Below are positions 62,890 to 64,000 of a stretch of 64,000 nucleotides of DNA, in pieces (the first letter of the stretch is position 1; every line of letters begins with the position of its first letter). Made by a program: the position numbers and the translations under genes. This DNA is from Patescibacteria group bacterium UBA924. Lineage in GTDB: Bacteria; Patescibacteriota; Microgenomatia; UBA1400; PJMF01. The stretch lies in contig DBDU01000023.1 in the NCBI GenBank assembly GCA_002293725.1, positions 2,700 to 66,699 of the forward strand. The letters are read 5' to 3'. The notes under the pieces are model-generated. The model searched no databases, was not told where the DNA came from, and was given only the letters and a program-made list of their open reading frames with translations.

Positions 62890-63924
62890 TTAAAGTGAAA
62901 GCAGATGCTTGACGATTTTTTGTTTGGCAATCGTATTAAAAATGTAGCTACGGTAGTCGTTATTTGCTTCTTGTTCTTTGGTTAACTTATCGCCAAAGAC
63001 TTGTTTCATCATCTCGTCAATTTCTTTATCTTCAACCGTAATTTTTTCCATCTTCCCAATCTCTGCCAAAATGAACTCTAGTTGCAAGGAAGTAGCAGCT
63101 GCGCTTAAGTACTCCAGGCGAAGCTGCTCGGCGGTCATACTGCGGGATTTTAGGTAGTTTTCTACCGACAGCTTGAGCTGCTCGAGCTGATCCAACAGAC
63201 GGCGAATCTCGCGATCTGCCTCACGGCGAACCAGTAGTTCAGGGATCTGAGGTTTGATCTCCTCCACTAGATGTCTGAAAATTTGGCGAGTGCGTAAGTC
63301 ATCTTTCTGATTGTCTGTTAGTGTTGTTGGCGTCGATGTCTCTTTTGCATCGGCGGTTTCTTTGGAATCAGCCGTATCTTTATCTTTTTTGGTAGCTTTC
63401 TTTTCGGCGGCTTTTTTTGCTAACTCGGCTTCTTGGTCAGCGATGTCTTTTTCGCTAGCTTTTTTAGCCTTTTTAACAACCTCTTGGTACTTCCCGAGCT
63501 TAATTTCGGGAGTCTCGGCAAAGTGTGCTGTCAGCAGCCAGTCCTTGCCTTTCTCTACTTCATTGGGCTCAACTTCTGGTTGGGAGATAGGATGCTTATC
63601 AGCAGCTTTGACCGCGTCGGCATATGCTGAAGGGAGAATGCTCTGCAGTACGTACTCAACTAAAGCGCTTTGGTCAACCATGCCTTCGACCAGAGAGAGC
63701 GGAACTTTGCCTTTGCGAAAACCATCTGTTTTAGCATTTTGGGCATAACGACGCAGTGCTTTTTGATACGCTGGCTCGACAGTGGTCCAAGGAAGCTTAA
63801 CCGTAACGCTAGAGTTAGGGGCGATTGGCAGCGAATGATGTTGGTGATCATGCCCATCGGCGTGATCGTGAGTATGGGTATGGTCTGAGTGAGGGGTAGT
63901 TTTAGCTTTAGTCATGGGGGGCAT
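62890..63924 (-). CDS. tig: Trigger factor lacking the PPIase domain, with a His-rich N-terminal extension.
   Basis: Ribosome-binding signature DGFRKGKVP in the N-domain. Lys/Ala/Asp-rich linker where the FKBP domain normally sits. Helical C-terminal TF domain. N-terminal HSDHTHTHDHADGHDHQHH. Confidence 0.7.
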   Translation of the reverse strand: MPPMTKAKTTPHSDHTHTHDHADGHDHQHHSLPIAPNSSVTVKLPWTTVEPAYQKALRRYAQNAKTDGFRKGKVPLSLVEGMVDQSALVEYVLQSILPSAYADAVKAADKHPISQPEVEPNEVEKGKDWLLTAHFAETPEIKLGKYQEVVKKAKKASEKDIADQEAELAKKAAEKKATKKDKDTADSKETADAKETSTPTTLTDNQKDDLRTRQIFRHLVEEIKPQIPELLVRREADREIRRLLDQLEQLKLSVENYLKSRSMTAEQLRLEYLSAAATSLQLEFILAEIGKMEKITVEDKEIDEMMKQVFGDKLTKEQEANNDYRSYIFNTIAKQKIVKHLLSL

Positions 63925-64000
63925 TATACCTTATCTGGAGAGCAGGACGTCACCCTCGCATCGTTAGGGCGTTTCTACTATTATAAGAGCAGGCATGAAA

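Noticed and set aside
1-64000. Alternative genetic code, for example UGA-as-Gly as in some CPR lineages.
   Set aside because: All conserved genes (gyrA, gyrB, aaRS, PBP, pilB, pilT and others) read through as long ORFs with standard stops in the supplied standard-code track. There is no need to invoke recoding.

Overview
This 64-kb window looks like a streamlined bacterial chromosome of moderate GC (about 45%). It is probably a monoderm, small-genome lineage; a CPR/Saccharibacteria-like organism is my inference, not proven. Read with the standard genetic code, the ORFs are long and nearly all of the window is coding.

Housekeeping genes seen:
- tRNA-Ala(GGC) and tRNA-Val(GAC).
- holB-gyrB-ppa-gyrA.
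- khpA-like KH gene, rpsP, a SAM methyltransferase, rnc, an ACP-like gene, nusB, a basic Lys/Ala-rich protein, recG and tyrS.
- A PAP2 phosphatase, a class-A PBP and a Wzy/O-antigen-ligase-like membrane protein.
- The conserved thrS ... infC-rpmI-rplT-pheS-pheT block.
- A trigger factor without a PPIase domain.

The dominant accessory content is a three-part type IV pilus (T4P) system:
- pilB-pilT-pilC-pilD, a Cys-rich gene, and five prepilin genes including two near-identical tandem major-pilin genes (+ strand, 12.0-20.6 kb).
- A convergent operon for a small membrane protein, a 908-aa secreted adhesin with Cys-rich thrombospondin-type-1-like repeats, a discoidin-like domain and a beta-helix-like region, and a PilW/GspJ-like minor pilin (- strand, 20.6-24.5 kb).
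- A long + strand operon (25.9-34.0 kb): a very divergent 1093-aa SecA-like DEAD-motor ATPase, then two tandem paralogs with a nucleoside-2-deoxyribosyltransferase-like (NDT/TIR-like Rossmann) domain fused to a C-terminal ribbon-helix-helix module, then pilX-like, pilM, pilN and pilO-like.

No secretin (pilQ) is present. The SecA-like plus NDT-RHH module inside a pilus assembly operon is my best candidate for a previously undescribed pilus/adhesin-associated export or regulatory system.

Other unusual points:
- PheS carries an N-terminal AlaX-M-like editing domain.
- thrS lacks the TGS domain.
- A pilin paralog, a Cas4-like Fe-S PD-(D/E)xK nuclease and an unknown partner are inserted between thrS and infC.
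- A vestigial histidine-kinase stub follows an OmpR-type response regulator.
- Two GC-rich (about 55%) genes look horizontally acquired.
- Intrinsic-terminator hairpins sit in the 5' leaders of pheS and thrS.
- Several A9/T9 homopolymers occur inside coding sequences.

I found no CRISPR array, no transposase or integrase, and no rRNA.
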